Source of the DNA: Tubiluchus corallicola
Lineage: Eukaryota > Animalia > Priapulida
DNA: 64,000 bases
Reading direction: 5' to 3'
Assembly: GCA_030141605.1 (NCBI GenBank)
Contig: JAQGDQ010000111.1
Location: 310,001 to 374,000, forward strand
Under the pieces are notes generated by a model that did not search any database, was not told the origin of the DNA, and was given only the letters and a program-made list of their open reading frames with translations. Position numbers and translations under genes: made by a program. Below, piece after piece: positions 1-33,975 of this stretch (positions within the stretch are counted from its first letter, which is position 1; every line of letters begins with the position of its first letter).

Positions 1-3710
<3,710 letters not shown>

Positions 3711-6239
3711 TAAGCTACCTACTAATATAGTGAGTAAACTTACAATGATTGCTTTACTGAGGTGTTACTCTTATTCAGTTAGCAAAGTCATGCAGTCTGT
3801 CTCGGTTCCAATGAAGTTTGGCAATTTTCATATTTTTTCTCGCAGCATTCCTCCCGTTGAGTCTTTTTGTTTTTGGAGGTTTGCCAGACATACGACTAAC
3901 AATGATGTACGATGCAATGCATAGTATTGGTTGTAATTCATTATCAGAAAATCTATTTTCATTCGTTATTTTGCTATTCTGCTTTTTCACATCTTCACAT
4001 CATATTATGGCTTTTAACTGTCAAAAGCACTTGCTGACTTGAAAAGCATGTCATTGTGTAGAATATTCTATCATCATCACCAACATCATCGTCATCATCA
4101 TCACCATCATCGTAATCGTCGTTGTCATCATCATCATCATCGTTGTCGTCTTCATTGTCATTATTAATGACATTTAATTATCTTTTCAGTTTTTAAAGAA
4201 TGATTTATTCCAACTCACATACCACAAGAATCTCTCCAAGTGTCTCTGTTTGTTGCACAATTGTCAACTTCATCACTAGTGATGCGTGTTACACCGTCAG
4301 TCCTAGGTATTGTGGAATGAAAGAGCTACATGGCGAATGTTTTAATGACACTGTTCCATCTGGTGGTGAAGAGTAAGCTCACAAAACTAAGACACTCCTT
4401 TGAATTATTCAGCTTTGTTCAGCTTTGAAGTTTTATCATTTTTACAGCCTTCCCATTTTAATTATTATTTAAAAATATATTTTATTCCCGTAAATGTGAA
4501 ATATGTTTTGAGCTGCCATTTTACAACTTGTCTTATTCTGCAGCATTATTTGCTGCACTGTTTACAACAAAAAGAATCTTTCAGTGTTGAATAGTGGCAG
4601 AACCATGTGTATTTAAATTTGAAAAACACATTTAGTTTTTATCCGTGCATCAACATCAAACCTTTTTTGACTCTACAAAAATTACTTTAAAATGTGTCTT
4701 TTATGGCATGTTTAAAGTCACCTCTTTTGATGCATATTTTAAATAGAATTATTTATTTAAATGTAATAAATGTTGCTTGCTTCAATGTTGAAATAATGCT
4801 GTTTAGCAGTTAATAACTGTCATTGATATTTTTAAATCAAAATTTTAATCTTGTTATTTTAAAAAAGTTTATTTGACGTGGAAAAAATGTTGGATGATAA
4901 ATTAGATTTAGATGTACATATAGTAAATTTATTTGTGCTCAAAAAGACATACTTTAGTGTTAAGTAATGAAATTTATTAATTGATTTTCATATACATAAT
5001 TGTACAATTTAGTATTTGCAACAGAGGCCAGCAGAGTATAAGAGGTAGTGATATAGCCACTAATTATTAGCACTTGGCTAATTTTGTCATGCGAGCTGCA
5101 ATTTTTTTGATAATTTAGTCAAATCCAGCAATTATCCTTGTGTCATACACTATTGCTGTTGTTACTGTACTTTTTAAAGTGTTTACTTAGTGTTATCTGG
5201 TGGATCTGCTTGTCAAATCGTAGCAAAATGTTGAAACTATTTATGTAGTAAATAAGACATTTGAGAATCAACAACCGAAAATTGAAAATATTTTGCTTAA
5301 GCAATGATCATTGTAAACATTATAGCAGTGATCACTGTGAACTTTTAAGCAGTGATCATTGTAAACATTTGTGGCGCTATCATGTCATTGCATGTCTAAT
5401 ATTCGAAATTAGATTGGAAAGTATTTATCAACGTAGGAAGGGCCAGGTGTAGTACTTCTATAAAAATATTTCTAATATTGTCTGTAAGTTGTTATTAATG
5501 TCAATTGTTGCTACAAACTAGCATAGTTTGACAAGGTTACCATGGTTACGCTGATTAGAATTACAGTGATGACGAGTCTTCTGTGGTCACTATGCAAAGT
5601 ATTAAATAGCTGTTGACTGTTGTCAGTTTTTGTTAATTTACGTAGCACAGTGTGCCATAATAATTATATACTATTACTTACACAAACTGAATGAAGAAAT
5701 GCTTCTGGCAAGCTTTTGTATTCACAACAAACTTAATTATTAATCTTGATGCTCAAAAAACAGAACTGAAAAGGGAAAATGTGAAAAAAATCCGCTTTTG
5801 CATCTTCATACTTTCTGATATCCTCTCTTGTTCTCCATGACCTCAAATAATCATGACATTATTTATTCTTATTAATTTTAAATTCATTCTTTTTAAATGT
5901 TTTTCTATTTGTGTATTTATTCGCATTCATCAATGTTTATTGTAAGTTGAATAAAAAAATAAATGATTATATTTATTAAAAGTGTGTTCAAATTTGTATT
6001 CTGTAAAGAAAATTGATTATTGCTCTAATTTGCTGCCTTGGCACTCCACTCCGGCTATCATTACTTTTTGCACTTGTAATATTAAAGCACAGGAAAATCC
6101 TCCAGTTACATACTGCCTTTTGCATGCACCGGCAGTAATGCTGTATAAAGCTTGTAAATTTAAACTCCCGCGATGACCATTAGGGGTAGCCATTTTAATG
6201 ATAGAGATGTTTGAAACAAGTTCAGATGACACTTGAGAA

Positions 6240-6362
6240 AAGTTTGAAAAAATAATAAGAGCATGCGTAGCACACATGTTAGTAACTAAGTAAAATTTTA
6301 AATTACTGTATCTTATTAATAAAATTAAAAATACGTTTTTGGTTAGTGAGTGGCGCACCCTG
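6240..6362. mobile_element. DNA-transposon terminal fragment, Tc1/mariner-like end (copy 1)
   Basis: About 120 bp similar to 23268-23391. Ends GGTTAGTGAGTGGCGCACCCTG (reverse complement CAGGGTGCGCCAC...), resembling CAGGGTG termini of mariner-type MITEs; the family call is inference. Confidence 0.5.
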
Positions 6363-6908
6363 GAGGGTGCAGTAATATTTTGTAACATTTTACTATTTGG
6401 CACGGACATTTTAAATTATTATTTCTAGTTACGTAAGTCTTATTGAAATGTTAAGTAATATAAATTTGCATGGAAAGTCTTTGGGTCATAATTTAACATT
6501 GTCTCTTCTTCCTTTGATTTACGTTGTGCGTATATGACGTCATGTAATGGCGTGGTCGGAACAGTATTGCTGGAGGTCTAAAATGAAAAAACGAAAATTC
6601 TTTTTAGCACGAGTACGTTGTATCCATAAAATTGCTTAAACGCGATTTTTCTGAAACCTAATTCAGGTACTCCTTTTCTTGTCCTTTAACTTTAAGGACT
6701 TGATATTTTTATCATTGCGATCTAAGATAACCGATACTGCTGAGTTTTTCATTATTATTATACATGTATTATTCATCCACTGTATTTATAAGCAAATGCA
6801 GAGGACTAACGCCATGAAACTTGCAGGGTAAGGGCCTTGAAAGTAGTATGACGATCTCTATCATTATAATTATATAATAATCTTTATGTGTGTGTATATA
6901 TATATATA

Positions 6909-7148
6909 TAAAATCGGAACTGAATTTAAATCATTTTAATTATCAAAACTACCGCAAGTGTGACACATGGTGTCGTGCGAGAAGTGACCATGTATGCGGT
7001 AGTAACAAATGCCCCTCTCGCTGCTGCTACAATCATTGTCACTGTCATCAACATCATCAGTGTTATTTTGGACATAATCATCACTATTATCGTCGCCATT
7101 ATTATTATCAACATCATCACCGTCGTCATCGTTGTTATCATCAGCATT

Positions 7149-7153
<5 letters not shown>
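6909..7153 (+). repeat. ~245-bp direct duplication, copy 1
   Basis: Nearly identical to 9029-9285 (GTGTCGTGCGAG.AGTGACCATGTATGCGGTAGTAACAAATGCCCCTCTCGCTGCTG... followed by an ATC-rich tract). Confidence 0.9.
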
Positions 7154-7184
<31 letters not shown>

Positions 7185-7371
7185 TAGATAGATAGATAGA
7201 TATAGATATAATTTACAGCAAATGCTCTATGTGTCAGTCATTTTCAGCTCCAACTAGATGAAGGCATTGCTTTCAACAGTTTCTCACTTTTTCAAGGGTA
7301 ATTTGGCTTCAGCACTAAACAATGATTGCCTTTAGTTCCTTTGCATCAAACAGCTATTGTACACTTTCTCT

Positions 7372-7782
7372 TTAAAGGAAGACAGGATGATTTTTCATAT
7401 ACTACGCCATTTTCAAGTCTGATAAAAAGTATAAATTTTAACAAAATCAATACAGCAAAAGTGTTTCTGATAATTAAATAATTGATTAAAAACTTAATTA
7501 ACGGCGGCAGACCCCAACTATTGATGACAGCACAAACTAACATAATTTTCAACAGCAAAAATATTCCACGAGCGTGTTGCGCATGTTTGCGAAAGCGAAA
7601 ATTGAAGTACAGTGCTACTGTAAGAGATTCGGGGTGTTGAACTAAAACTCGACAAGTTTTAAGATAAAAATTCAATTTCAAATTTACCGCTGTACTCACG
7701 CATGAGCTGTCGAACATATGTAGTTCGTCACAAACTAAACACGTCACTGAACTGAGAGGTACATGTACCGCTTTTGCTTTAA
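7372..7782. mobile_element. TTAA-flanked non-autonomous DNA transposon (Kolobok-like), copy 1
   Basis: Begins TTAA-AGGAAGACAGGATGATTTTTC and ends GTACCGCTTTTGCT-TTAA. An inverted copy at 15867-16245 has the same two ends. Confidence 0.7.
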
Positions 7783-8424
7783 GGAAATTTTAAATGCCGT
7801 AATGCAGAGAATTAAGTCTCTTTTTTTCTGGGCAACAAACTAATTTTTTTGGTTGATGTCTTTGCTGTTTTGCTGCCATCTATTGAGGGTTTTACGCGTC
7901 AACGCGGCTGTTTTTCAGTTGATAATTATAGATGACATTGTTCCGTCATTTAATTTTTTAACATGCAAAAGTTTTTTTAGCCGTAACTTAAAAACCAGTG
8001 AAACTACCAGCCAAAGTTAACGTATTGTAATATTACGCTGCGAAATTTCACCTTTGTACAGTTATGTTTTTTTATTTCACTTTATTTGCAGAACACTTGC
8101 TTCTAATAGTAATGCGCCACCTTGTGCAAAATGTAACAAACAATAGACGCCATAACTCCGCTCAATTATTTTACCGTAATGCGCTTTAGCTGATCATCAA
8201 TACCTGTATGAGTTTGTATTTTTAGTGGATAGATGGCGCTAGCAGGTGGAAAGCGGGAAAACAATAATCCACAGATAGTCGAATATATATGTGTGAACAA
8301 ATTTTTTAAAATACAAATAATGACTACCGTATTTACAAAATCCATCGCTTTATCACATTTGTATTTTACGTTTTAAATAAAAACGAAGTTAAAACGATAC
8401 CCACAGCAGTGCACATGGCGGCAA

Positions 8425-9835
8425 TGTAGGAAAGTTTGGTACAAACAAAATGGGTACGGGTGAAACTGATAATTATGATGAAAGTTTGGTGCTGGCAAAA
8501 TTTGGTTCTAGGAATTTTTAAAACGTGGTAATTCCGGTACAGGCAAATTTGGTACTATGATCTTAACGTGCAACGAATTTTTGGTACTAGGAAAATGTAG
8601 CACGAAGAAAATTTTGTAGTAGGAAAGTTTGGTACCAAACAAAATAGAGAAATTTCTATATCTCAATACAAAATGATTGTTTCAACAGGAAGGTATAGGG
8701 AAGTTCAGCTGTAGGGAAGTTTATCCAGTAGAGAGAAAATTTGGTACTAGAAAAGTCAAGTTTTTCAATTGCCTGTTTTTAGCAAGTCATCTGCTTGCCT
8801 GCCTGCCTGCTGAGTGCCTGCCTATTCGTCCATCCGTCTGACTGCATTTAATAAGTACTACAATATCAAAGGCAGTTGCTTTTTAAACAAGCACTCAGAC
8901 AAACAAAAGTAAAAATAGCACTGTACTAAGAATTGCTACTAACATTTGCGCTTTGCAAAGTTTTGCCAAATTTGAAAACTGGGTATTATTTATTCCCAAT
9001 AGCAAAGCCCCGTAAAATCATTTTGCATAAAATCAGAACTAAATTTAAATCATTTTTTAATTAAATTAAAATTATCAAAACTGCCGCAAATTGACACACA
9101 GTGTCGTGCGAGCAGTGACCATGTATGCGGTAGTAACAAATGCCCCTCTCGCTGCTGTTACAATCATTGTCACTGTCATCAACATCATCAGTGTCATTTT
9201 GGACATAATCATCACTATTATCGTCGCCATTATTATTATCAACATCATCACCGTCGTCACCGTTGTTATCATCAACATTATTGTTATTACTACTCACTGT
9301 AATCATCATCCATTTCTAGCTATTGGTACATGATCTATAGCAACAACAGTAACAGTGGTGATGTCGATGATGACTATGATGTTGGCACCCACCAGCACGA
9401 CTACCAACACCACTGCAACAACGGTAACGGCAACAGTAAGAAGACAACAAAATTAACAATGACAAGAGCAACAATGATCGCAATAATGATGAATAACAAA
9501 CAACGAATAAACTAAAACAAATGCAACAATGCTGACCTTTATAACTTGTACGAGTAGGTTATATAAAATATATTTTTATAATATCAAACTTTCCTAGCAC
9601 TAAACTTGTTCCGTATCATTTTTACCTTGCACTGTATTTACTTGTTCCAAAAATGCTTGACAAAACTTCGCCAGTACTGTATCTATCAGTACCATATTTT
9701 CTTTGTACCAAATTTTCCCAGTACCAAAATTTACCTGTAAAAAATTCCTAGTAGCAAACTTTCCCAGTAACAAAATTGCCTCGTATACCAAAATTACCAG
9801 GAACAAATTTTACTGCACCAAAGTTATGCTCACCC
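8425..9835. mobile_element. Foldback-like element with inverted arrays of ~16-bp degenerate subrepeats
   Basis: Left arm ~8425-8755 repeats (A)GGAAAGTTTGGTACT; right arm ~9585-9835 repeats the reverse complement (AGTACCAAATTTTCC). No clear target-site duplication (TSD) found. Confidence 0.65.
9029..9285 (+). repeat. ~250-bp direct duplication, copy 2
   Basis: Matches 6909-7153; lies inside the foldback-like element. Confidence 0.9.
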
Positions 9836-9917
9836 ATGAATAACCCAAATTTTTTGACACTTTTCGCACAACCAAGTCCTTAAACTGTACTTAGCAATTT
9901 GACTGATGCAGTCATTG

Positions 9918-11900
9918 CTAAGTTAGATCCCTACAGTAACAATACTTCCGCAGATCATCTCTTTGATTATAAATACAATGTGGCTGTTCGCCGTACTTAT
10001 TAATTCGACTTATCATGTCCTCTTTGACACGAGGCTTCCCCCCTTCACTCACCCTGGCTGTTGATTCAAACAGTGCCCCACCCGGTTTACTTCGGATTGT
10101 TACACGGTAATCTGCAGTCAACACTTTTACGCTGCTGCTGAACACTGGTTGGAACCCACCTATGTCCTTTGACTTTGAGTAAGTTAACACGTCTTCGTTT
10201 GGCTTTAGCATTTCAGCATTAACAACTTCATCCAGTTGAAGTTCAACACATGCTTGTCTTTTCTCTGCTGTCAGATTGTTGATGTAGTCAATGATGGTTT
10301 TAGCGACTTCAAACACCGTATCATCATGAACATCAACAGACTTCCATTTAAGACAAGCACACCAATGTGTTTCTATGTCAGCTCCATCACACGTTCTATC
10401 GAATTCCACTTCGCCAAACAGGCTAATCTGTCTACTGTCTTTAGTGTATCTTCTTTTGGCACCTTGAAAATCTATGACTTCATGCATTAGTGCGTGCAAG
10501 TCAAATGGAGTAGTCAATCGTTTGGCATTGGCCAACAAGTTGTTGTACTCTGCTCTGTATTTCTCCTTGAACCATTTTGGAAGTGTAACCGACACGAAAG
10601 GCATTCTTTCTTCCAGTCGACCTTGCATCGAGGCACGTACATTGGTGTATCGAGAACCATGATCACTAAAAATTATCAGCATTGCATTGTCCAAAAGCCC
10701 GCCCTGGTGTAGGCTCTCAATTAGCTGCAAAAAGTCGTCGTCACAGTACTGCAAAAATTTCGGGTCAGCGTGGCTCAGCTCGTTGTGGAACAAGAAAAGG
10801 AACTTTCGCATCTTTTTGTACATAAAAAGGAAATTGCTTGCATAATCAAAAGCAATCTTATGGAGTGGAGAACCTTCAAGGCAGAACTTTGTTCCTTTGT
10901 ACTTCTTTCTTGCACCAAGGTAAAATGTGCGTCCATAATGGTCTGTTGGCTGTTGCTTAAAACCTCGCATACGATACTGAAAGGTTCCTATGCGGGGCTG
11001 GTCCTCTGAATAGAACGTCATATAACCAGCACGTTTAAAATCTTTCCAGATCATTGGGTATACGTCAACGTAGTCTGCTTCCTCGATCCGCCACAGCGTT
11101 GGAGGCAGTTCTAACTCTGTCGCTCCTGTTAGGATTGGTATTAGAGCTTGCGGAGTTCCATCGCCAACTATGTTGTAGCCTTCAAGTACCACACTGCCAA
11201 GCACATCCCGCATGTATGCAAACGTTTTTGGCAAATTTCTTTGGAATGCTACTTGAGATACCGAATCAAAGCCAATCAGCAAGACGTCCATACCCAGACC
11301 GCTTGTTGGCGCTGAAATTGTTTCCATCTTTTTTACCTCAGTAGCATTGAAGACGACATGTGCATGATAGTTCTCATATAAAACTTCCGAGCTTGTGTCA
11401 TCATTTATGACGTTTGCTTTACATGTGACCTTGAAGAACTCCGTTGGAATTTTGATCCCATCGTGCATAATCACTATGTTGTCGGACAAGGAAACACGAT
11501 AATCATTGTTTCTGGTTACATAGTTGTACACGCAGGAGACAGAATCGCGGTCTAGTCCCAAACTATCGATAACCGTGTAATTGTAGAACAAGCGGCCATT
11601 CTTTGTGTACACCCAAGTATGTCCTTTACAAATCAATGGCTCCACGTTAGGATAGAAGGCATCTAAAAGGTTCGTGTCTCGAAATAAATTCGGAATAACA
11701 CAATGGCTGATGCTACTATTGACCATTCTGTGCTCTATATCTGGAAGGTTGTATGCTCTGGGTTCTTTTTCTTCTTCGGCGTTCCTCGCCAGAAGCAGAA
11801 ATGTTGCACTGCAGCATAGAATAGTCACAATGACCAGCTGCACAGTGGCCACACGTCTGAGTTTTCTTGGGTAAAATTGGCACACAAGAGATGACCTCAT
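9918..11900 (-). CDS. DUF229-family protein (alkaline phosphatase/sulfatase-like superfamily), type II membrane protein, 660 aa
   Basis: Uninterrupted ORF with an N-terminal signal anchor (VQLVIVTILCCSATFLLL) and motifs LLIGFDSVS, YNIVGDGTPQAL, FKQQPTDHYGR, ELSHAD, FSDHGSR, GRLEERMP, RLTTPFDLH, HWCAC, ISRINKYG..HC and C-terminal YCYC. Splice acceptor tttcAG 2 nt upstream of the ATG and candidate donor near 12113 suggest a 5'-UTR intron. Confidence 0.9.
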   Translation of the reverse strand: MRSSLVCQFYPRKLRRVATVQLVIVTILCCSATFLLLARNAEEEKEPRAYNLPDIEHRMVNSSISHCVIPNLFRDTNLLDAFYPNVEPLICKGHTWVYTKNGRLFYNYTVIDSLGLDRDSVSCVYNYVTRNNDYRVSLSDNIVIMHDGIKIPTEFFKVTCKANVINDDTSSEVLYENYHAHVVFNATEVKKMETISAPTSGLGMDVLLIGFDSVSQVAFQRNLPKTFAYMRDVLGSVVLEGYNIVGDGTPQALIPILTGATELELPPTLWRIEEADYVDVYPMIWKDFKRAGYMTFYSEDQPRIGTFQYRMRGFKQQPTDHYGRTFYLGARKKYKGTKFCLEGSPLHKIAFDYASNFLFMYKKMRKFLFLFHNELSHADPKFLQYCDDDFLQLIESLHQGGLLDNAMLIIFSDHGSRYTNVRASMQGRLEERMPFVSVTLPKWFKEKYRAEYNNLLANAKRLTTPFDLHALMHEVIDFQGAKRRYTKDSRQISLFGEVEFDRTCDGADIETHWCACLKWKSVDVHDDTVFEVAKTIIDYINNLTAEKRQACVELQLDEVVNAEMLKPNEDVLTYSKSKDIGGFQPVFSSSVKVLTADYRVTIRSKPGGALFESTARVSEGGKPRVKEDMISRINKYGEQPHCIYNQRDDLRKYCYCRDLT

Positions 11901-13404
11901 CTCTGAAACATCAAACCGGTAAACCTATATTCGTTATCCCTGTAAACGAGTTCATCTCTGTTGCTAGGCATTTTGTTTAGTGTATTACTAATTTATTCTG
12001 GTTCCTGCAACCTGCGCAAGCCTACCTAGCGGTAATTTTACACGAGGTTAACTTTGAATAATCTATACCTGATAACACGGGCTTCAAACCGAAGTCAGAA
12101 ATTTCATCCTCACCTCAGTTTGTACAGATGACCGTTCGACGCTTGTGATCCCTATAAGCAACGTCATGCGTTCCGCTCAACTTTCTTAGGTTATATTTCC
12201 CCTTTTTGTAGTTACATGCTAATTTGGGTGCGTTATATACGTGATAATCTGACACTTATAGAAACTGACACTGACACGTAAAATTAGTGCTTTGTTAATT
12301 GTGTTATAATCTGTGGTTTATTTATGGGTTTGGTTGTCCATCTGTGCCCTTCCTAATACTAGTAGCCGTGATAAATTTAATCTGAATAGAATTCTGATAA
12401 AGGTAATAATGTATGCGGGTCAAAGCATGTAAGTGATTATTAGAAACTATACTTTTGTGGCCTCTTTTTAGTTAAATAGTTGTGCTTTTTTCTAACGTGG
12501 GTGTTTTTAACAGCAGAAAGTTTTAATCACCAACCCATAGACGTAAGCATCATGCATTTCTTTATATGAAAAAGACAAACCAGAATATATATATATATTT
12601 CCATTAATTCATTTGCAATTTTGGTCGACGATCATAAAATCTAAAACCAGGCCAATGCCTCTCGCGAACTAATCAAAAGATGGGCATTTTTCATAATCCC
12701 TTCGCTATAGTTCGTGTAAACATGATCTAAACATGTATCACACACGACATCGGCAATTGTTTTACCTTTATCTTCATTCGTCAGCAAAATAGTTCCTCGT
12801 TCCAGGTGCACTAGCATGTTTTGTCTTTACTAAACGTGTTTTGACAACAACATCTTTTATTTTATTTTCATTTCTGACAATACGCACTAAATACCTGTTT
12901 ATGATAAAGAGCTGCCTTGCTCTCAAGTAACTGCTTCAATGGCCCACTACAAACTCAAGAAATTTTACTGCTACTGTTTGAGTTACATTATCGACTGGCT
13001 TGGTGACGATTATGCATTCAAAGCTGCCACAGCTGTTACAGAGCTATATGAAATCTCTTTTGCTCAAATCTTACTTATAATGCATTTTTTGGGTTTTGCC
13101 GTGAAGTGTGATAGTTACAGTACATCCCGCAACTGGTTGCATTACAGTTTATATTTTTTCATATTTTTGCATCACGTCTCTGCTGAACTCCTTTCTATTT
13201 CATTTCTCTTCTCTTTTTCTCTATCTTTGTCTATGATTTTATCTTAACTATCTATCTATCCTTTATGTCATCTCATATATGAGCTTCATTCATTACAGCA
13301 TTCCATTCTGTAGCACTAAATGTTTTCTTTATCATACGAATCATACGATTCACTTCTCATTTTCAGATAATTTTTATTACTTTTTTTCTTTCACAGTGTG
13401 AGAC

Positions 13405-13540
13405 AATCTAACAAGCCCTGCTTTTTGATTGCCCACAACACATTTACATTTGTATATAGGTGAACAGTGTGTGAGGCTTTTCTTGTGCAGAAACAATAAA
13501 AGCTTATTTGTATTATGTTCATTGTGGGTCCTTTCACCAT
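13405..13540. repeat. Dispersed repeat, copy 2 (inverted relative to 491-615)
   Basis: ATCTAACAAGCCCTGCTTTTTGATTGCCCACAACACATTTAC is the reverse complement of the Rap1 intron 1 segment. Confidence 0.75.
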
Positions 13541-13564
13541 ATATTATACACGAAACTATTGTAA

Positions 13565-15125
13565 ATATGAACCTATATCCAGTTACGTGAAGACGTATTG
13601 CACCATGTGAACCTATATCAACTTACTCAAAGACATGTTGTTTTCGCTGTGTGAACCTGAAGACGGGTAGTTTAATATACGTTCACACAACAGAACATGT
13701 CTTCAGATAACTTGATATAGGTTCATGCAGTGCAACTAGTCTTCAGGTATACTGACATAGGTTCGCCGAGCGCAACAAGTCTTCGTGTAACTTGATATGG
13801 TGTCACACAACACAGCACGTCTTCATACAACGTAATACGTCTTTAATACCTAATATAGGTTCATGCAGAAGAACACGTGTTCAGGTACATTGACATAGGT
13901 TTATACAGTACAACAAGTCTTCAGGTATATTGATATAGGTTCATACAGTACAACAAGTCTTCAGGTATGTTGATATAGGTTCATACAGTACAACAAGTCT
14001 TCAGGTATGTTGATATAGGTTCATACAGTACAACAAGTCTTCCGGTATGTTGATATAGGTTCATACAGTACAACAAGTCTTCAGGTATTTTGATATAGGT
14101 TCTCTCAGAACAACACGTCTTTAGGTAGATAAGTTCGCGTAGTGCAACACCTATTCTAATAACTTGATATAGTGTTACACCGCACAACACGTCTTCAAGT
14201 AACTTAATATAGGATGTTAACTGTGCAACACCTCTTTTGGTAACTTTACGTAGGTATATTCACAATGTATATTTACACAATGCGACCCAAACAAACAAAA
14301 AATAGAAGACGAAACACATTTGCTCTTGCACTGTAGTCGATATGAGCGTCTAAGAAACACAGTTTATACAGAAATTAGATCTCTATATCCAAACTTTACT
14401 TGCTTATCAGATGATGACAAACTTATTATTATTAGGCTCAAACGATTTTCAAATTCTCCAAATTGCTTGAAATTTTGTTTTAAAATGTTTCAGTGCTAGG
14501 ATGTAATTATAATAAAAAAACGAACTATATATATATATAACTAACATCACTTATCTAAATTAAATACTATATGTGTATGCAAATACATTAAATTTGTGTT
14601 TATGTACATTCATGTTGTATCATTGGGTTTATGTACATCAAAGTCTGATGTTCTGTCTTTAGTTTAAATTATTGACTTAGACTTGTAATTTTACGTTATA
14701 TATGTATGTAATTATATCTTTGTAATCAGTGTGTGTATTATGTGAACTGTAATTGTAACTGTAATTACCCAATAAATATAAATATAAATATAGGTTCATG
14801 CTGTGCAACACGTCTTCAGGTAATTTGACATAGGGTCAATACGATTCAACACGTTTTCGAGTAACTTGATATAGGTCCATTTATCCTGAAGACGTGTTGC
14901 ACTGTATGAACCTAGATCAAGTGACCTTAAGATGCCTTGCACTCTTCGCACAGGCTTTCTCAAACATGAAGTGAAGTATATATCAAGTTACCCAAAAAGG
15001 GTTGTTCTATGTGAACCAATGTTAAGTTACCCGATGAATGTGTTGTGCTGTGTGAACCTATACATTAAGTTACCTGAAGACGTGTGTTGTGCAGTGTCCT
15101 ACATTTATCAACTGACGAGTACCTG
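13565..15125. repeat. 40-bp minisatellite with orientation switches and a central insertion
   Basis: Unit TGATATAGGTTCATACAGTACAACAAGTCTTCAGGTATGT, near-perfect at ~13890-14100. Reverse units ~13565-13665 and ~14880-15125; forward units ~13670-14250 and ~14785-14880; non-repeat insert ~14255-14785. Confidence 0.9.
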
Positions 15126-15866
15126 ATAACACGCTGCATTCCCTAGAGCTACCTGTGATTCCATTCAATAATGTCGAAAAATTTCGTATTGTATTCACTA
15201 GAATGAGACTCCAGTCAGATGAATTAAAAATTGTGACAGGTAGATGCAGTCGCCAACTGGTGGAAAACAGACTGTGTGAATGTAGTGTTGTCACAACTGA
15301 AGAGCGTGTTTTAACACTGGCCTAAAGCCGAAAATCTTAGAAATAAGTTCACGAGCGTACATCTTTTAATAGTATCGATGTTAGGCCACTGTCTTTCGTC
15401 AAGCAAAAATAAATCTTTCATAAAGTTTCTACCAATAGATGATTAGAGATTATTCGCAGACTTGTTATCTATAGTATTGTTTTTTATGACAGTAATACAT
15501 AGGCATAATATTTGTGTGCTTAACTATATAGCACAATGTATTTATTTTATCTTTGTTGTTCTCGGTGTGCCATTTTGGTAACGCCTTTTTGGAATAAGGT
15601 TTTTTTCTGGTTACCTAATGTTATAGTCTATTTGTCTCGAAGTTAAAAAAATACATACTACAGGTGTTACACGGAAAACATTCTTTCTCAAATGCAGAAA
15701 TGTGCGCATCCATTGCCTACCGAAAGAACTTATACTATCATATGTCTCATTTAAATTTTCCCAGATTCTCCGCATTATTTTGCTTTTTCCTGTTTTCTTC
15801 TATTATTTCCACGAAGATTGGCAATAAAGATTCGACCACCGCAGTGGCCTAGATCTGGTACTGGTA

Positions 15867-16245
15867 TTAAAGCAAAACCGTACCCAATTTTAAACTGTAG
15901 GTGAAAACTACATATTCTTTAGAAATTATTGAAAGGAAACACACTATTTTTTCAAAAATGACTTATGTGAAAGAATTATTACCACACAAACGTAATTTCG
16001 CATTCGCGGCACTAGTTCATTTTCGCTTACGCAAACATGCGCAACACGCTCATGGAATGTTTTTGATGTTGAAAATTATGTTAGTTTGTGATGTCATCAT
16101 TAGTTGTACTCGCCCGCCGTTAAGATTTTAATCTATTATTTAATTATCAGAAACGCTTTTGCAGTATTAAGTGTGTTAAAATGTATACTTTTTACAGGAC
16201 TTGAAAATGGGGTTGTATACGAAAAATCATCCTGTCTTCCTTTAA
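15867..16245. mobile_element. TTAA-flanked non-autonomous DNA transposon (Kolobok-like), copy 2
   Basis: TTAA-AGCAAAACCGTAC ... GAAAAATCATCCTGTCTTCCT-TTAA; inverted relative to 7372-7782, with ~240 bp of clear similarity. Confidence 0.7.
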
Positions 16246-16968
16246 GAATACTAACACTTAAAGTTTTACACCGTACTGTTCATAAGTACGTTTTAAAGTG
16301 GGCCTGTAAAGTGATTGTTATATCGCTTGTAATCATAGACCGTTAATGGTTATGACGGGGCTGCAATCGAGCTCGTTTCTAATGTGATCCTCTATTACAA
16401 TATGCAAATACAGTCATCAACAATACATTATTAATATGCCATAAATAAATATTAGTTCTTTTATTTACACAGCAATAAAATACTCCTTTCATAATCATGG
16501 AATTTTACACATAATAAGAATGCTAGCTGTTAAGCACATATCTGTATATCTTACACGCGTAGATCTATATATTTATCAATCCATTTTTACATGATTTGGC
16601 AAACACACTTCTTTAGATATGTGCAAAAACGAATCACATCGTCAATTTTCACAACGGCCTGTGCAGTTTGTAGTTGTAGCTTTAGATGTGTAGTCCGAAT
16701 CCAGGCCCAGGTGCGTTTTCACGTATCCTTCATTTTGGCCCCTTCTGGTACTAAAATATAATCTTTGGTTCATTCATTTGGCAATTATGAGCTTAAGATT
16801 CTAATGTTCTTTGGCTTCACGTGGTACTGATTGCATTCATATTATTCACCTCGCTTGCAAACTCACCTAGCAGGTAGCACCCATATAGCCTAAACAATAC
16901 ATAATACACAAACAGTGGATTGATTTCATTGGACACGTATTCTGTTGGCAGTTTCATTTCAGCTTCTA

Positions 16969-33975
<17,007 letters not shown>

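Noticed and set aside
6890-9333. Small hydrophobic or His-rich ORFs in the duplicated segments
   Set aside because: Derived from ATC/ATT-rich low-complexity sequence; no splice or promoter support.
11901-11915. Spliced-leader trans-splice site before the DUF229 ATG
   Set aside because: A plausible cis donor (GAG|GTGAGG near 12113) explains the acceptor; trans-splicing cannot be inferred from DNA alone.
13565-15125. CRISPR-like array
   Set aside because: Units are contiguous 40-mers with no unique spacers, there are no cas genes, and the context is eukaryotic.
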